56,955 bases of DNA from contig JAHBMJ010000129.1 in assembly GCA_018398765.1 (NCBI GenBank), positions 1 through 56,955 of the forward strand, given 5' to 3'. Origin of the DNA: Chromera velia (Eukaryota). Positions 12,282 to 26,572 of this stretch are shown in pieces (positions within the stretch are counted from its first letter, which is position 1; each line of letters opens with the position of its first letter). The notes under the pieces were generated by a model, which did not search any database, was not told the DNA's origin, and worked only from the letters and a program-made list of their open reading frames with translations. The position numbers were made by a program, and so were the translations under genes.

Positions 12282-14500
12282 ATGGGAGCCCCCAAAGAAT
12301 CTGCTCAGTCGGTGCTCATGGACTTCGTACAGCACCTGACTGTGGTCGCCAGTCAGACCGCAGACGGGGGAGAGAAATTACGGGCTGTCGATGCCGTCAA
12401 AAGAGGATTGCAGAGACTGAGCCCAGATGAGAAAAGGGAAATGAAAGGGAACTCTACCTTTGCCTCCCCCTCCCGTCTCCTCCTGCCGTGTTTCGATGTT
12501 TTCTACACCCCGCTTGTTGTCAATCTGAAAGCCCTTGCCCTCTCCATCCCTCCAAGTGGGAGTGACCCATCCCGCAGAGCCTCTACTGCTCTCTCAGGGC
12601 TGACCGGGCGAGGGGGGAGAGACAAAACCTCCAAGGTCCGACTTCTGGAAGGAGTCATGGAGGCCCTCACGGCATTTCTGGACGCCGCCTTTTCCCACCA
12701 GAGAGGCGTGGAAGAGCTGACTGGACAGCTGTCTATCCCTCAACTTTTAGGAGACTCTGTCCGAGCTAAGGGGAGTTTCTGCGAGGTATGTCTCCAGGTC
12801 CTGAAAGTTTTGAGCATCGACGAGGTCCGTTCTTCCGATGAGGGGGCGGCAGCGTCTGTGCGTCTCCTTGACCGTGCCATTCAGTTTCTCTGGCCCATCT
12901 CCGTTGAGGGCCAGCACGTACACACACGCGCAGAGACCGAGAGACTGCAATTCAAAAACCCGTTTGGCACAGGGGCAAGAAAAGGAGACGAGGAAACGTT
13001 GTGCGAACCGTGCGCGTCTGTTCTAGGCATTGTGGTGTCTCAGCTTTTGGATCTGGCGGGAGGGCACGGATTCCGAAAAGTCCAGAGGGAGGCGTTGTGC
13101 GTGATTGAAAGGGTGCCTTCCTCGGTGTGTGGTACAGGGGTGATGACTTCCGGGTTGGCTGTTCTTGCGTCTGTGTATCCAGGAGTGGTGACTAGTCTTT
13201 TGGATTTGTGGATTCGTCGAGGGAAGGAGCCCTCGGGTGGCAGTTTCGTCCTTCCTGCGGTTCTTGGGACATTGAGGGAATGGATGGTGGCAGTTCTCGG
13301 GTGTGGTTTGTTTGGAGAGGGACAGACAGGGGAGGAGGATGGCAGCGGAGGGGATGGCGTTGTTGGGAGCCAAAATGAGTGGAGTGAGTGGAAGAAAACA
13401 GTAGGGAAGTTGGAAGTGATGTGGGAGGAGAGGAAGTTGAATGAGGAGGAGAAAAGGGCAAACAGCGAGGCGGCAAGAGCACAAACGAAAGAGAAGATGC
13501 AACTGCAAGGCGTCGAGCGATGTCAGCAGTGGGTGAGGGAGACGAGACAGAAGTCTTCTGTTGTGCTGGAGGTGGGTTGGCATCTTCTGTCGGTCTGTCT
13601 TTTTCTCTTCTTGTCTGCACGTGTGTGTCAGCATAAGTGCGCGTGGAAAACATTCTGACAGAGCGGTGCTTTTTTTCTGTGTGCTTGGGACGTTTATCGG
13701 TGGAAAACAAGGAAAGTACAGTCCCTCTAGTCGATGGTCCGCTCTTTCTTTCTCCCTCTCCCTCCCCCTCCCCCTCTGTGTGTGTGTGTGTGTGTGTATG
13801 TGCGCGCACGAGAAAACAAGAAAGAGAGAGAGAGAGTGTGTGAGAGAGAGAGAAGGTAGGGAGAGCATTCTTTCCTCCTTCTCCCTTTCTGCAGCTGCTG
13901 CTCTCTTCACGCAATGCTCCAGGCTCACTGTCGGAGTCTGCAGATGTGCGTAGCGCTCTTGGGTCTCTGCTGATCGCCTTGGTTGGACTTGAGGGCGGAG
14001 GGCTTGGCCTCGCACTGGGGGGAGGGGCCCGTGCGGCCGCTTGGGACTCTCTGGCTGCTCTGGCGGTTGATGACGGGTCTCTTCGATTGGGTCTCTCTGT
14101 ATCTCTGTCTGCTGCGGCTGTTGAGAATGGGCGCGTGCATGAGAGAGTGTGGGAGACTATGAAGGAGGTGCAGAGCGTGGCTGATCAGGTCGCAGGTGGG
14201 TTGTTTGTTCGAATCTGTTGTGGTGTTTGTTTCAAAGTGAATCTGTGTCTGTCTGAGTAGATCCTTGGGGGGAATTGCGGATGGGGATTTTGGCTGGGCA
14301 CACACGCAAAGCATTCAGCACCTGCTCCGTCTGCTGGCCAGTCTGTTTTCAGCTTCCACCCCTGCATTCTGTGACTTCGAGTGTGTTTTCGATTCGTTGT
14401 CTTCTGCCCACGGCAGTTCATGGTACAACTGTGTAATAATCTCGCTTTCTCTGTATCTCTTTCTGTATGTGTGTGAGTGAATTTATGTATCTGAATGTGC

Positions 14501-14539
<39 letters not shown>

Positions 14540-15271
14540 AGAAAAGACGAGAGTTGTTAGCAACCAGGAGAAGAACCTACTGCTGGACAGACTTGCTGGG
14601 TGAGTGCGCTGATGAAATGGCCCTCACTCTTTTGCGAACGAATGACTTTCGCATCTGTATTCTTTTCTCTTCTGTGCTCTCCTTGTTTGCCGGCTTTTGT
14701 GTGATCGGTGGACCAGTGGGCGTGGGTTTTTGACTGAGCTTGCTTTTCTCCTTCTTGCATGTGACTTGTTGCTTTCCCTTTTCTTTCTCTGTGTCCATCT
14801 GCCTCTTTCTTTCTTTTTCTTTTCCCGTTCTCTTCGTGTGTTGGGGGGGAACTCTGCAGAATGATCAGCTTGGTGTGCGGCGCATTCAGAGGAGATCCGT
14901 CTGGGAGTGGAAATATGGTGATCAGGGGGGGGTTGGAGTCTCTGCCTCTGCCTGATGAAGACGCAGAGAGAGTGTCCTCAGACAGTCTTGAGAAAGAGAA
15001 GAAAAGAGAAGAGGCGGGAAGTCAGGACTCAGCTTCCGATCGAGAAGAATTCAGAACGGGGCAAGATGAAATGAGGAACGGCAGTGCACCAGCGAGGGTG
15101 GCACGGCTGCTGCGAAGTCTCTGCCTGGTGGAGGCAAACGATTTGAAGGTGCGTGCGCAAACAGGGAGGGAGGGACGGTTCTCGATTTCCTTTTCCCACT
15201 TCATATACGTTTCGTGTGGGCATTTCTGTCCGCGTGTTCTCTCTCTTTCTGTCGTCCGTCCTCTTTGTCGC

Positions 15272-15302
<31 letters not shown>

Positions 15303-15399
15303 AAGTATGTGTGCAAGCGTGTGTATAAGCATGTGTGTAAGCGTGTGCTTGAAAGTGTGTGTGTGTGTGAGAGAGAGAGAGAAAGACAGACACACACAC

Positions 15400-15474
<75 letters not shown>

Positions 15475-18400
15475 CAGACAGAGACAGAGAGGTGAGGGTG
15501 CCTCCCATATCCCAGAGGCCCCTTTGCTTTCATTTCTTGTTTTGGCGTTGGCCTGGCTGTCTTTGGATGGGATGAGTTTCTCTCTTTGGTGGTTTCACTT
15601 TCAGTTTCCCCTCTTTCTTCTTTTCTGTGGTGCCCCCCACTTCTTTTCTACTCTGCTCTGCTCTGTCTCCTGCACGTTGATTCATTCGTCTGTTCCTTCT
15701 CTCTCTCTCCCTTCCTTCCTTCCTTCCTTCCTTCTTTCCTTCCTTCCTTCCTTCCTCTCTCCCTGCAGCGGCAACTGAACGATCGGATCTCCCTGACCGC
15801 CTTGCCCTCGGTGCCAGCATCAGCCACTAGTGGAGGCCATGAGTGGTTGGAGGAGTTTCCTTTGCTCGGGGACTGTCTCTCTGTATCTCCTTCTGCTTCT
15901 GTCTTGGGAGAAGAAGAGGAGAGGGACGAGGAGGCAGAGAGAGGGAGGGAGCGGCACTCGGGACCCTCCGAAAAAGAGGGGAATAGGGATTCTTCCTCCT
16001 CCTCCTCCTCTGTCCCTCCTCTCTTCCCTTCGAGGTCCAGCAAGGAAGTCCCTGAGTGGGTAAGGCGATCTGTGGCCTTCTTGGAGGGGGAGCCGGAGGT
16101 CCAAAGGTCAGCAGGGAGAGGGTGGATGGTCTTTGGTTTTTCTTCTGCTGCTTCTTTTTCTTCCTTCATGCGCAGCGGTGTGCAAGAAAACTGCGACATT
16201 TCAAGCGGCCAGCAAGGCAGCCAAGCTGAAAAATACTATTTGAATGACCGAAAGAGGAGTCCGATTGCGGCATCTTTTCGTGAAGAAAGAGAGGGAAACG
16301 AGAACAAGGATGCCTGGGAACAAAAGTAAAGAAGGGGACTGTTGGAGAGCTTTAGTGAGCACCGTTTTTCGTGTTCTTTCTCCGACCCCTCTTAGACGAC
16401 TGTCCGAGTTGGCGGGCACAAGCCTCCATGCCAGACACACCTCCTGGTCTTTTCCTCCCTCCCTTTCTTTGCATGCAGATGCTGGACGAGAACGGTCGCC
16501 TTGTGTGCGCGCTCTGTATCGCCCTCCGAGTTATTGCGCTGTCTCCTTGAACCTTTCCCCGACCCTGTACCGGACAGCAACGACAAATCCGGGAGACTGA
16601 GCAAGACACGCAGCCGCAATGAGCCCTCGTGGCTGAGGCGTGCGCGGGTTGGGCGACAACAGCGGCTGCCTTCGAGTTCCACCTCTCCTGAAGGTGGTGA
16701 CAGGGGAAATGAAGTTGAGATGCAGGGGGGAAATCCAAATGGGGCAAGAGAGAGGCACGAGGTCTCATCAAAACACAGGGATGCAAACGATAGTGCGGGT
16801 CTCTTGTTTGAGAAAGTCCGAAAGCGTTGTGCTGTGTTCGCTTCAATTTGGGCTTCTGTCTCTGCTCTGTGTGGAGAGGGGGACCGGGGGAAAGGAAGTG
16901 TGTTGCCAGGGCCTCTCTCTCTTGAGGATGCGCTCCTGCGTCTAGCTGGCCCTTCAGTATGGAGAGAGGCAGAGCACTTGAAATGTGAAATGATGGCGTT
17001 CCGGAACCGTCAGGACGGTGGAAAAGAAGAGGCGGAAGCTTCGGAGAGCCCCCCATTGTCGATCGCAAGCGCTGGGAGGTGGAGTCGGCTGTACTGTGGT
17101 ACTCTCGCTATGGCATGCGGTGCTCTCCTGGAGGGTGTGGGCCGAGTCGGCGGCTCTGAGGCCGTGAGACAACAGGTGCGTGTGGTTGGGGGGGAAGGGG
17201 GGGTATTTGTGTGCGTGCAGAGATGTGCATGTGTGTTTTTGTGTGTCCCTCAAAATGCCACTAGAGTCCTCTCTCTATTCATTCTCTTTGAGGTGGAAGC
17301 GACCTACATGGTCAGGTACGAAGAGTACCAACAAAGAGGGTAAATGGGAGTTCAGACTTCGGAAACACTGTCTTTTCCCTTCCTTCCCGTCTTTGACAGA
17401 GAACCAATTAAGAGCCTGGTTTAGATGAAGAAGGTTTTTGTTTTCTCTCAAGCCTGCTTCGTTCTGTCTGTTTGCAGCTCTCAATCCTTCTGTTCCCTCT
17501 CCTCTCCTTCCTCGGCGCACCAAGCCTCTTCGTTTCCTCAGCGGCTGCGGCGGCACTCTCAGCTGCGGCGTCTGCGTCCGGGGTGGTACCTGAAGGCTCG
17601 TCTGATAGGGAGGCAGTCGGGGCCCTTCTGAAAGCCCACAATGACTTTGTGGTCGATAGGGCAACCCAAATGGTGCGAGGAGGACATCATCAGGTGAGGG
17701 TCTCTTTGTCTGTCAGCCTCTCCCTCCCTCTGTCTGTCTGTCTGTCTGTCTGTCTGTGTGTCTGTCTTTTTGTCTGTTGTGTGCATGAAGAAAAGAAGGG
17801 AGAAGAAAAAACATACAGTCTGTCTGGCAGGAAGCCGAAAGTCACTTTGGCAGTCAGTCAGCCTTTCGGTCTGGCAGTCTATTCGTATGTCCAATTTCTC
17901 GTAAGTGTGCATGTTTCTGTGCCGTGACGCGGGGTGATCGACTTGGCTACCGACATGTATTCATTTCCACAACTGCGTGTGTAAGCTGCCCTTTCTGCCT
18001 GAGTGGATACTCGCAGCTCCTGTGGAGGAGGCTTCCAGAAGCAAGTCGTCTTCCTGCAGGGGTGGTTGCTCGGCGTCTGTCCTCATCTGCTTTTTCGGAA
18101 CTGTTGAAGAGGGAGGGAGAGGAGGGGGATCATGGCGGCGTCACTGCTGCACCCTATGAACGTGCACGTCTGGAGGGCAGCATGGGAAGCGAGGGGAAGG
18201 AAGAAAAAGGGAGCAGGGAGAATCTGGAGGCAATCGTTACCGCCGTGGTTACTTTCCTTCCTCCCGACCTTTCTCTGTGCTGTCGGCTGGAGGACCTCGT
18301 CAGGTGAGTTTGGCCAGAAGGAAATGGGAGAGGCTAACAAGAAATGAGAGAGGTAATGTTTTTGGCCGCTCTTCCTTTTCTGCTCTGGGTCATGGACGGT

Positions 18401-19209
18401 TTTGTGACGTGTTCGTCTACGCACGTTTGAGGTTGCTCGTTTGCTGGCCGGCCTTGCCTGATTGTCCTTCAAGATATGAGAGCGAGGTTCTCGACGCAAC
18501 GCCTGCATGTCTGTCTGTCTTCATGAGCGGGTGGGTGGATTGGGGGGGGGAATAGGGTTGCTAGGAGAGATTCTTCCGGCAGAACTGTCAGGCTGCGTGC
18601 TCATCAGCTCCTCCGTAGATCCTTGACTTATTGTCTGGTCGATCGGCTGCTTGCAGGACTCTGGCGCTCTCCCCTGCACCTTCCCTTCTGTCCGAAGAAG
18701 GGAGCGGGAGAAGGGTGACTTGCGAGGTGGGCATGGACGCTGCCGACTGGGTGGTGCGTGTCCTCGCACTCATTGCCGCCCGGTTATCTTCCATCATTGT
18801 GAGTCAGAGGAAGGAGAGGAGGCAAGAGGGCCGACATACGAAGGAGGGAAGAAGGAGGAAGACAAAGGAGAGTGGTCCTTTGGGGTGGATTTCTTTGTTG
18901 GAAGGTGGACGGGCCTCTGGACATGAATTCTTTGGAATTCGTCGACAGGACGTGCGGGTTGCTCTTGACGAGGACAAGGTGGATAGTGATGCGGAGAGTG
19001 GGGGAGAGGACGAGGACGGGGGGTTGCAGGGGGGGGATGTGGGAGAAGAGGGGGGATTTGACTTGAAGCACACCAAGAACAGAGGACTGCTTGACAGAGG
19101 AAAGTATGGAGCTGTCAGAAGCATGGCTCAGGCAATTCTCCTCGGTGTGCGATACTACCTGCAGGATGAGAGGTGGGGCTGGAGGGAGGAGGGCAACTTC
19201 TTTTTTAGA

Positions 19210-19248
<39 letters not shown>

Positions 19249-21641
19249 TTGCTTGTGTCAAGGAGTAGAGAGACTCAGATGGGAGCGTTCCTCCTTGCAA
19301 GAATATATTCTGGAAAGACATGTTTTGTGGTCGCATTCCTATTTGCCCTTGCCTTACAGCTACGCGTGCACCGGTTCTGTTCTTCTCCTCTTTGTATGTC
19401 TTCTCTCGGAAAACCTCCGTGTCCATGCGCCTGCATGTAAGAGTAACTGTGTGTGCGCGTGTGTGTTTTCCACTCCGTCGTTTGCAGACTCCCCGTCAGG
19501 CAGCTCGCACACGCAGCATGCCTGCACAGTGTCATCTGCCTGAGCACCAGAAGCAGGGAGCTGCTACCGAGACTCCACGCTCTCTGGCCTCTTCTGGTGC
19601 CTTCGTTTGGATGCGAGTCGCCGTTGGCAGTCACCGCGACCGCCTGTCAAGTCGTTAAGAGTGCCGCCAGGGCGTCTGGGGACTTTCTGAAAGAGCGCTT
19701 CGCCTCCGACGTCTTTCGTCCCCTTGTGGACAGACTATCCCTCCTTCCCGTGAAGGCCCAGAGGGAACGGAGGTCCGTGGTCTTCAAGGCCCAGGGGGGT
19801 GCACTGGACCTCTTCAACTTCATCTCCAAGTCAGTTGGCAGACAAACAGACAGACAGACAGACTGACTATATGGTTTCTTTCCCCTCTTTTCTTCATGAA
19901 CACAACAGACAGACAGACAGACAGACAGACAGAAAGACAAACAAGACAGCAGGAAGGAGGCATGAGACGAATAAGGAGGCGGGTCTCGTTTCTCTGTGTC
20001 TCATTGGAATTCTTTGTTGGAGTCTTCGGGCTGTGTGTTTTTCATTCAGTCCTGCAGTAAGGAAATGAAAGCTTTTCCTGCTGACAGATGAGACAACGCT
20101 CCAGCAGCCACCTACTCCCGTGGTGCGCAGAAGAGAGGGAAAGAGAGGGACCCGTCTCACGTGTTGGTCTTCTGTTCTGTTGCTCTTGGGTCATTGGACC
20201 TTTTCATCCGTGTAGTTGAGTGAGTGAGTGAGTGAGTGAGTGAGTGAGTGTGTGAGTGAGTGAGTGAGTGAGTGAGTGAGTGAGTGTGTGAGTGAGTGAG
20301 TGAGTGAGTGAGTCAGTGAGTGAGCGAGAGAGTGAGTGAGTGAGTGAGTGAGTGAGTGCAGGGAAGAACGACTCGTCTCCCCTCTTGCTGTGCCGATGGC
20401 AACTGCCGGTGAGTCTAGACAGTGAGTGCGAGGGGGGAGAGGGGGGGGCTTCATGGATATTGATTCCTGTTTTTTCGATGCCTCGCTGATGGATTTCGTG
20501 CCGTAAACGTTTCTTCCTGTCAATTCGTTTGTGTATTTCTCTGTTTGCTTATGTGTGTAAGAAAGAGAGGTAGCAGGAAGCGGAAGGGATTTCTTTGATC
20601 CTCTCGTGTGGCTTCGTGTTGTTGTCTGCATTCCTCTGTCAAATCTCTTCCGTTCTCTTCTGAGTCGAAGTGCTTTTGGAACACCCAACCGTGCTTCCTT
20701 GACCTGCGCCATCTCTCCCCCCCTCCCCCCATGCAGTGCTCAGATTCTTCCACGTGGACGCCGACCCCCGTCTCCAAGGGACAGCCTCTGAGATCCTTCG
20801 ACGTCTCGTCCGACTGCCCCTGCAGAGGGGGGCTCTCTGGCTGGTCCTGATGGGGGCACTTCGCCTGCTTCATAAGCCAGAGAGGCTGGTGGCAAAATCA
20901 AAACCTTCCCGTGAAGGCCCCCCCAGTGAGAGTGCGACGACTCCGGGAGATGCGGTGGCATCCGGTCCAGCATCAGCTGAGTGTGCTCTTTCGACGTCCG
21001 TCTCTGTCTGCACAGGGAGCGAAGAATGCGCATACCTTCGGCTTCTCTCTAAAGGCATCAGGAGAGGTCGTCAAGCTGCGAGAGCCGACGTCCTCGCCGG
21101 CACTGCATGCAGCCACGGGGTGTCCTTTCCCTTCCAACGTCCCTTTGCTGCCCATCTCGGAGATCCCCCTTTGTCATTTGAGGAGATTCTCTCAGGAATA
21201 CCTGACAATGACATGGCAGGAGGCAAGGGAAAGACGGGGGAGTGCTTTTGTGGTGTGTCTGTTGCAGACCGGGTTGTCAGGGACATTGAAAAGTCGTGTT
21301 GCGGTTGGGGAGTGTTCTCAGTGTTCGAGACAGAGACTGTGACGAAGGCAAAATTGTTCGACCTCGACTCTCGCCTACTTCTAACTCTTCTCTGTGAATG
21401 CGATTCTGTAGCAATGCCTTCGGTCAAGGCAGTCCATTTGAGAGAGACAGCAGAGCCTTCCGAGGAGGCATACAGAACAGGCGAGAAGCAAACGAGGAAC
21501 GGTCTGGAGAGACAGAGTCTCGCTGGACCCTCTCTGAGTCTGCCCCCCCTCCAGATTCCTGTCGGAGGGACCTCCGCACTGTACAGAGACTTTCTTGTGT
21601 CCGGGGTCTCGCAAGCTCCGTGCACCGCCCCATTATCATAA
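12282..21641 (+). CDS. TTI1: TELO2-interacting protein 1 homologue (TTT complex HEAT-repeat protein), 12 exons, ~1761 aa
   Basis: Phase-consistent GT-AG model: 12282-13571, 13895-14195, 14542-14599, 14860-15148, 15769-16106, 16479-17175, 17478-17693, 18017-18303, 18657-19172, 19488-19829, 20362-20408, 20737-21641 (5286 nt). Motifs LASVYPGVVTSL, HNDFVVDR, ELLPRLHALWPLLV and SGDFLKERFASDVF match remembered TTI1 conserved blocks. Confidence 0.82.
20217..20358. repeat. (GAGT)n microsatellite in TTI1 intron 10
   Basis: About 35 tandem GAGT units directly visible. Confidence 0.95.
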
Positions 21642-21779
21642 TGAAATGAGATAGTAACACCTCTGGTATGAGCAATTGTCATAATTAAACTGAATGACAT
21701 CTTTCTGCAGTATAAACGATATTTGTAAATATATATGTATGTTTGAGGCTAGGTTTGGGGTTGTTCATAAATCTATACT

Positions 21780-22187
21780 AAAAGTCATTCATTTTGGCAA
21801 ACAGGGTCGCTCGATTACGATTGCGATTGCAGTTTGACAAAAATCCGAAGTGCTCCGGGCCTGGATTTTTGATTTGTTTCCTGTTTCTGATAATGTACTC
21901 AAAGTGCATGCAAAGTTTTAGCTTTGTATCTTTCACCGATCACAAATGATAAAATTCAGAAAACTGAAAATTAATACGACCGAAAACGGCCCCGGAAAAT
22001 TTTTTGTGAGACGCGACTTCTGAATTTTGTCATTTGTAATCGATGAAAGATACAAAGCTAAAACTTTGCATGCACTTTGAAAATATTATCAGAAACAGAA
22101 AACAAATCAGAAATTGCAGACCCAAACACTTTTATTTTTTTCTAAATTGCAATCGCAATTAGAATTTTGCTAAAATAAATGACTTTT
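21780..22187. mobile_element. AT-rich foldback/MITE-like element
   Basis: Inverted arms ~21780-21962 and ~22018-22187 (e.g. tcaaagtgcatgcaaagttttagctttgtatctttca versus tgaaagatacaaagctaaaactttgcatgcactttga) around a ~55-bp spacer. No ORF. Confidence 0.75.
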
Positions 22188-23579
22188 GGACGACAAGTTT
22201 TGGTATAGTGGTAAATAACATAAATGTTTTTAAATACTATTGAGAAGTTTAATGAGAACTGTAATGTTTACTATAAGCTTTAGTCGTTCATCCTTTGATT
22301 TTTGATGATTTTTGATTAAATGTTACTTTAATTACTCGTTAATTTAAACAACTTAATTAACTTAGGATTGGGATATTGCATTTGTAGTATGCAGTATAAG
22401 TATGTCTACTGGACGACTCTAGTTTGGATTTTTAAAATTGCCAGTGATGTAATAAATAATTTTGAGTTCTTTCTTTATTTACCTGCCTTGGTTGTCCTGT
22501 TGTTTCTTCTTCCTTTCTTTCGTTCTTTTTTAGTCCCTCAGTCAGTGCATGCCTATGTATGCCCTCATACAACTACACCGATTCATTGTCCTCTGGCGTT
22601 CTTGAACGCAATGATTTCAAACTAAAAAAAAATCTGTATTTATCAATAGACTACAAAATTTACTGAAGATTCGCGTGCCAGTAGTCTATTAAGCATGTTT
22701 TGGCTTTTGAATGAAAATGATTAAAATTATGATTAACTTTCAAACATAAAAAAAAATCTGTATTTATCAGTCAACTAAGCATTTACGAAATTTATATGAA
22801 TTGAACTAAATAGTAAATTAAGTTAAAAGTTTTTTTGATTTGATCAGTTCATCTTCTCTAATATTTTCTTTATGTTTTTTTGCTATTCTTTCCTTCACAG
22901 CCTTTATGCATGTACAAACATGTATAAATATTAAAGTACAAATGTTAGTTAGTTATTTATACTTACTTAGTTAGTTAGTTAGTTAGTTAGTCAGTTAGGG
23001 GTAGTTAGAGGATGCTTGACCCCAGTTGGAGCGCTAAGTGTATTTGTGATGACTAAGCTGATCTATCATGACTTGTGAAAAAAGAACAGAACCTTGCAAC
23101 TTGTGAAACAAGGTGACATATATTTTCTGGACGCAGGCGCTACCATGCAGCGCCCGCGCCCCTGGACAAAGAAAACAAGTTGACCCCTGGCCGCGGCGCG
23201 CCGCACATCCCTGTCGCCCCACCACATCCCAAACCACAGAATCGTCATGAATCGTCCATAACCACTCGTGTTGCAGGGAAAGGGTGCGAAAAACTGATCC
23301 TCCGACCATCCCCGACCTCGCCCTAAGGTTTTCCATCCGGGAGTATCTGCTTTGTGGGAGACCGAACGGACAGACGTTACGTCACGAGACGGAACTGCTG
23401 TAGACTCTTATCGTGAACCAAGCTTTCGTGACGGGAGGCAAGAGAGCCGCAGAGCGATTGAAGCTGGGCGGGAAGCTCTCCTTTTATCTTGTCCTCTCGC
23501 TCATGCTGTAATCCTCTTGTTGGAATCTGGGCGAAAGGTTTTTTTGGTGACTGCGGTTCACCATTGTTTTTCGCTGAAA

Positions 23580-26509
23580 ATGATACGGATCATGATTCGC
23601 GCTTCGGCTGTTGTTCTCGGCGCTTTGGTGGGTTTCACCTTGGGGGAACTCTTGTGCCTACATTTCCTGTCCCCAAGACACGGTCTTCTTACTTCCTTTG
23701 GATTTCTTGACGCTCTGTATGTGCAGATTCTTCTCGGGGGAACTTCTGAAGCAGACGCCGTCTCCGTGCACCGTCCCCGACCGGCCTCTCTGGAATCTCA
23801 CTTCGGCAAAGAGGCACAGCGTTCTAAAGAGAATGCAGGACAAAGAAAGGAGAGGGAGACTGACGCTGCGGCTCTTCTGGAGGCTGCAAGTCCCAATGGG
23901 GCAGCGGTCGTGAGGGGACTACTCCAGGCGTCTCCTTTGGGGAGCTTCCTCCAACGTCCGTCTTTCCGCCTCTTTCATTCCATCCCCAAAATTTAATGCC
24001 CCAACCTGCATGTCTGTATTGAATGCCGCAAGAGCACGTGCTGGGAAAGAGTTCATGCGGTCTTGTGCAGAGTGATCCAATGGATGGAGTCGCACTTTTG
24101 ACTCACAACCAGGAGGGCGCTTCCCTGGAGCATGTATGGTTTAAAGACCTCCAGACACTGTTTCACTTTCTCTGGAGTTTGTTCACAGTTTTCCTGCTCT
24201 CACCCATACTTTTGATCATAGATATAAACGCACACACCCTCCCCTCTTCTTTACGGGCAAAGAAAATTTCTGTCTCTCGGGATGTATGTATATCTTTGTA
24301 TCTGCGAGTGCAGAGATGTCCGAAGGCCGCCTCTCGGGTGAAGATGAAAGGAATGCCGAAGACGAGGGTGAGTGGGCGATCTCGCCTGACCCGTCTACCA
24401 ACATTTTGATGGAGGAGGAAACAGAGAAGGACAGAGGGACGTCTGATTCCTCCCCCTCTTCTTCGTCTCCCTCCTACGGAGAGAGTTTGAAGGAAGTGGA
24501 GAAGGAGTTTGAGAGAACAGAGGGGGCAAAAACAGCAGAGGCACAACAGAAGAGGAAAATGGAATCCCAGGAGGATCCCCTGTTGGAATTGAAGTCCAAG
24601 GACCCTCTCGCATATTCGATCGTGAAGTCCTTGCTTCGAAGGAAAAGCAAGGGGATGCCTCTGTTGAGGCATCACAAGGACCACCACACAGAAGGGTTCG
24701 GAACCCCCCCCGTCTCTCTCGAAGAAGAGGAACATTCAGAGTCCGACTTTGAGCCTGAAGAATCCCTCACTGCCGTTGTGCGGGGGGACAATGATATTTT
24801 GAGGGCACTCGAATTGACCGACCCCAGTGCGGCTGCCCAAGTAGACAGATACATCCAGACCTCCTATCTTGCCCCCCTTTATGATAGGACCACAGGGGCA
24901 TACGATTCCCTTTTGGGATTCACCCCGGACGCATTTGCCCCCCTTCGGATGCGGGATCCAGAAGTGTACGCCAACGTTGCGCAGACAGTGCTGGGGTCCA
25001 GACTGGCCCCCCTCTTCTTTGAGGGCATGCCGGGGCCCTCCGGAGATGAAGGAGAGGTCCTTGTGTTGACCCTCCCAGAGGATCAACGCGGGGCCCTGAG
25101 GGGCCTTCTCCATTTGACGGGGGTGGGGGGGGCTCTGCGTGCTTGTGCAGGTCTCGGGGGTCCCCTGTCTGTTCCGATGGAGGACGACAGGGGTGACTCA
25201 GGTGACGGTGCGGTGTTGGTGGTAGAGGAGGAGGATGGGGATGGGGATGGGGAGGAGGTCCCGTCAACGCGTTTCGGGAACGGGGGGGGGAGTGACGATG
25301 AAGGGGAAGTGGTGGAGATTATAAATTTGGGTGGAGATGGCGAGGAAAATCCTGCTGGTGTGAAGAAGGAGAAAGAGAAAGAAGAGTCTCCCGTTGCTGC
25401 GTCTCAGCGAAAAGTTTCTCTTCCTGGGCGTTCCAAATCTTCTCAACGCTCCAGAAGGAATGAGAAGAAGAGAAACAGCAAGAAGGAAACAGAGGGAAAA
25501 GCAGACTCAGACTCCGACTCCGCTGCTGCTGTGCTCAGATCCCTCTCACCCGTCAAGGAGAGAGACCCAAAGGCATTTCAGACCGTTGAGAAATTGGTCA
25601 AACTCGCAGACAGAAGGGGTCAGTTGGGTGGTTTGTTGGAAGGACAGCCCCCCGAGACCCCCTTGATAGAATTACTCCAGATGGGCACGCAGACACAGCA
25701 TCGTCATCATCTCATGCGCTCCCGCCCTTCCAACAGCGCACGAGATTCCTATCCTTCCCTATACAAAGGCCAATTAAATGGCAAAAGAGGCCAAAAGGCT
25801 ACCAGGGTTGACCCCCTCCTCGCCCTTCGTCATGCCGATCCTAGGTCTTACGAAATCGTCCAACACCTCCTGCAGCCCCCTCCCGGCCCAGCAGGGGCCC
25901 CTCGCCGAGGCTTCGGGTCGTCTCTGTTCGGTCGTCCCTCCGGGGGACTCAGGCATGCGGGGCGATCTCTTGCTGATGCCATCAGGGCTAGCATTGAGAA
26001 GGGGACCGACCCGAGGACAAGAAAGGGACTCCGAGGGGCTGCTTTGAACTTTCGTCGTTCTGTGCTCTTGGAGACCCACGCGAGCATCAAGAGAGAGGCA
26101 GGTAAGAGTGCTGTGCCTTCTTCTCTGCTGCTGTGGTGCCAAAGTTGTCCCTGTGCTTCTTTTTCTTTGTTGTGGAGTGGCCTGATATCTTTTGTGCATG
26201 TTTGCCGTCTTCTCCTTCGGCTTTTTCATGTCCCGAAGAAAGGATGAATGAATGAATGAATGAATGAATGAATGAATGAATGGTTGAGCGAGTGAATGAA
26301 TGAACAAACGAAGGAACGGACGAAGGAAAGAAAGAAAAGGACATGCAAGAAAAAAGGAAAGAAAGCGAGCAAGAACGAGCGATAGACAAAAAAGGAAAGA
26401 AAACAAAGAAGGAAAGACTGCAACCGCTCAACCGGCGGGCGTGGGGCAACGTCTCTTTTCTCTGGGTACCTTCCTATCCGTAACGAATTCTCTCCCATGA
26501 CGTATTTTC

Positions 26510-26572
<63 letters not shown>

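Noticed and set aside
14261..14422. Extra TTI1 exon (LGGIADGDFGW...)
   Set aside because: Its phase is incompatible with exon 2, and the 58-nt exon at 14542-14599 gives a consistent frame.
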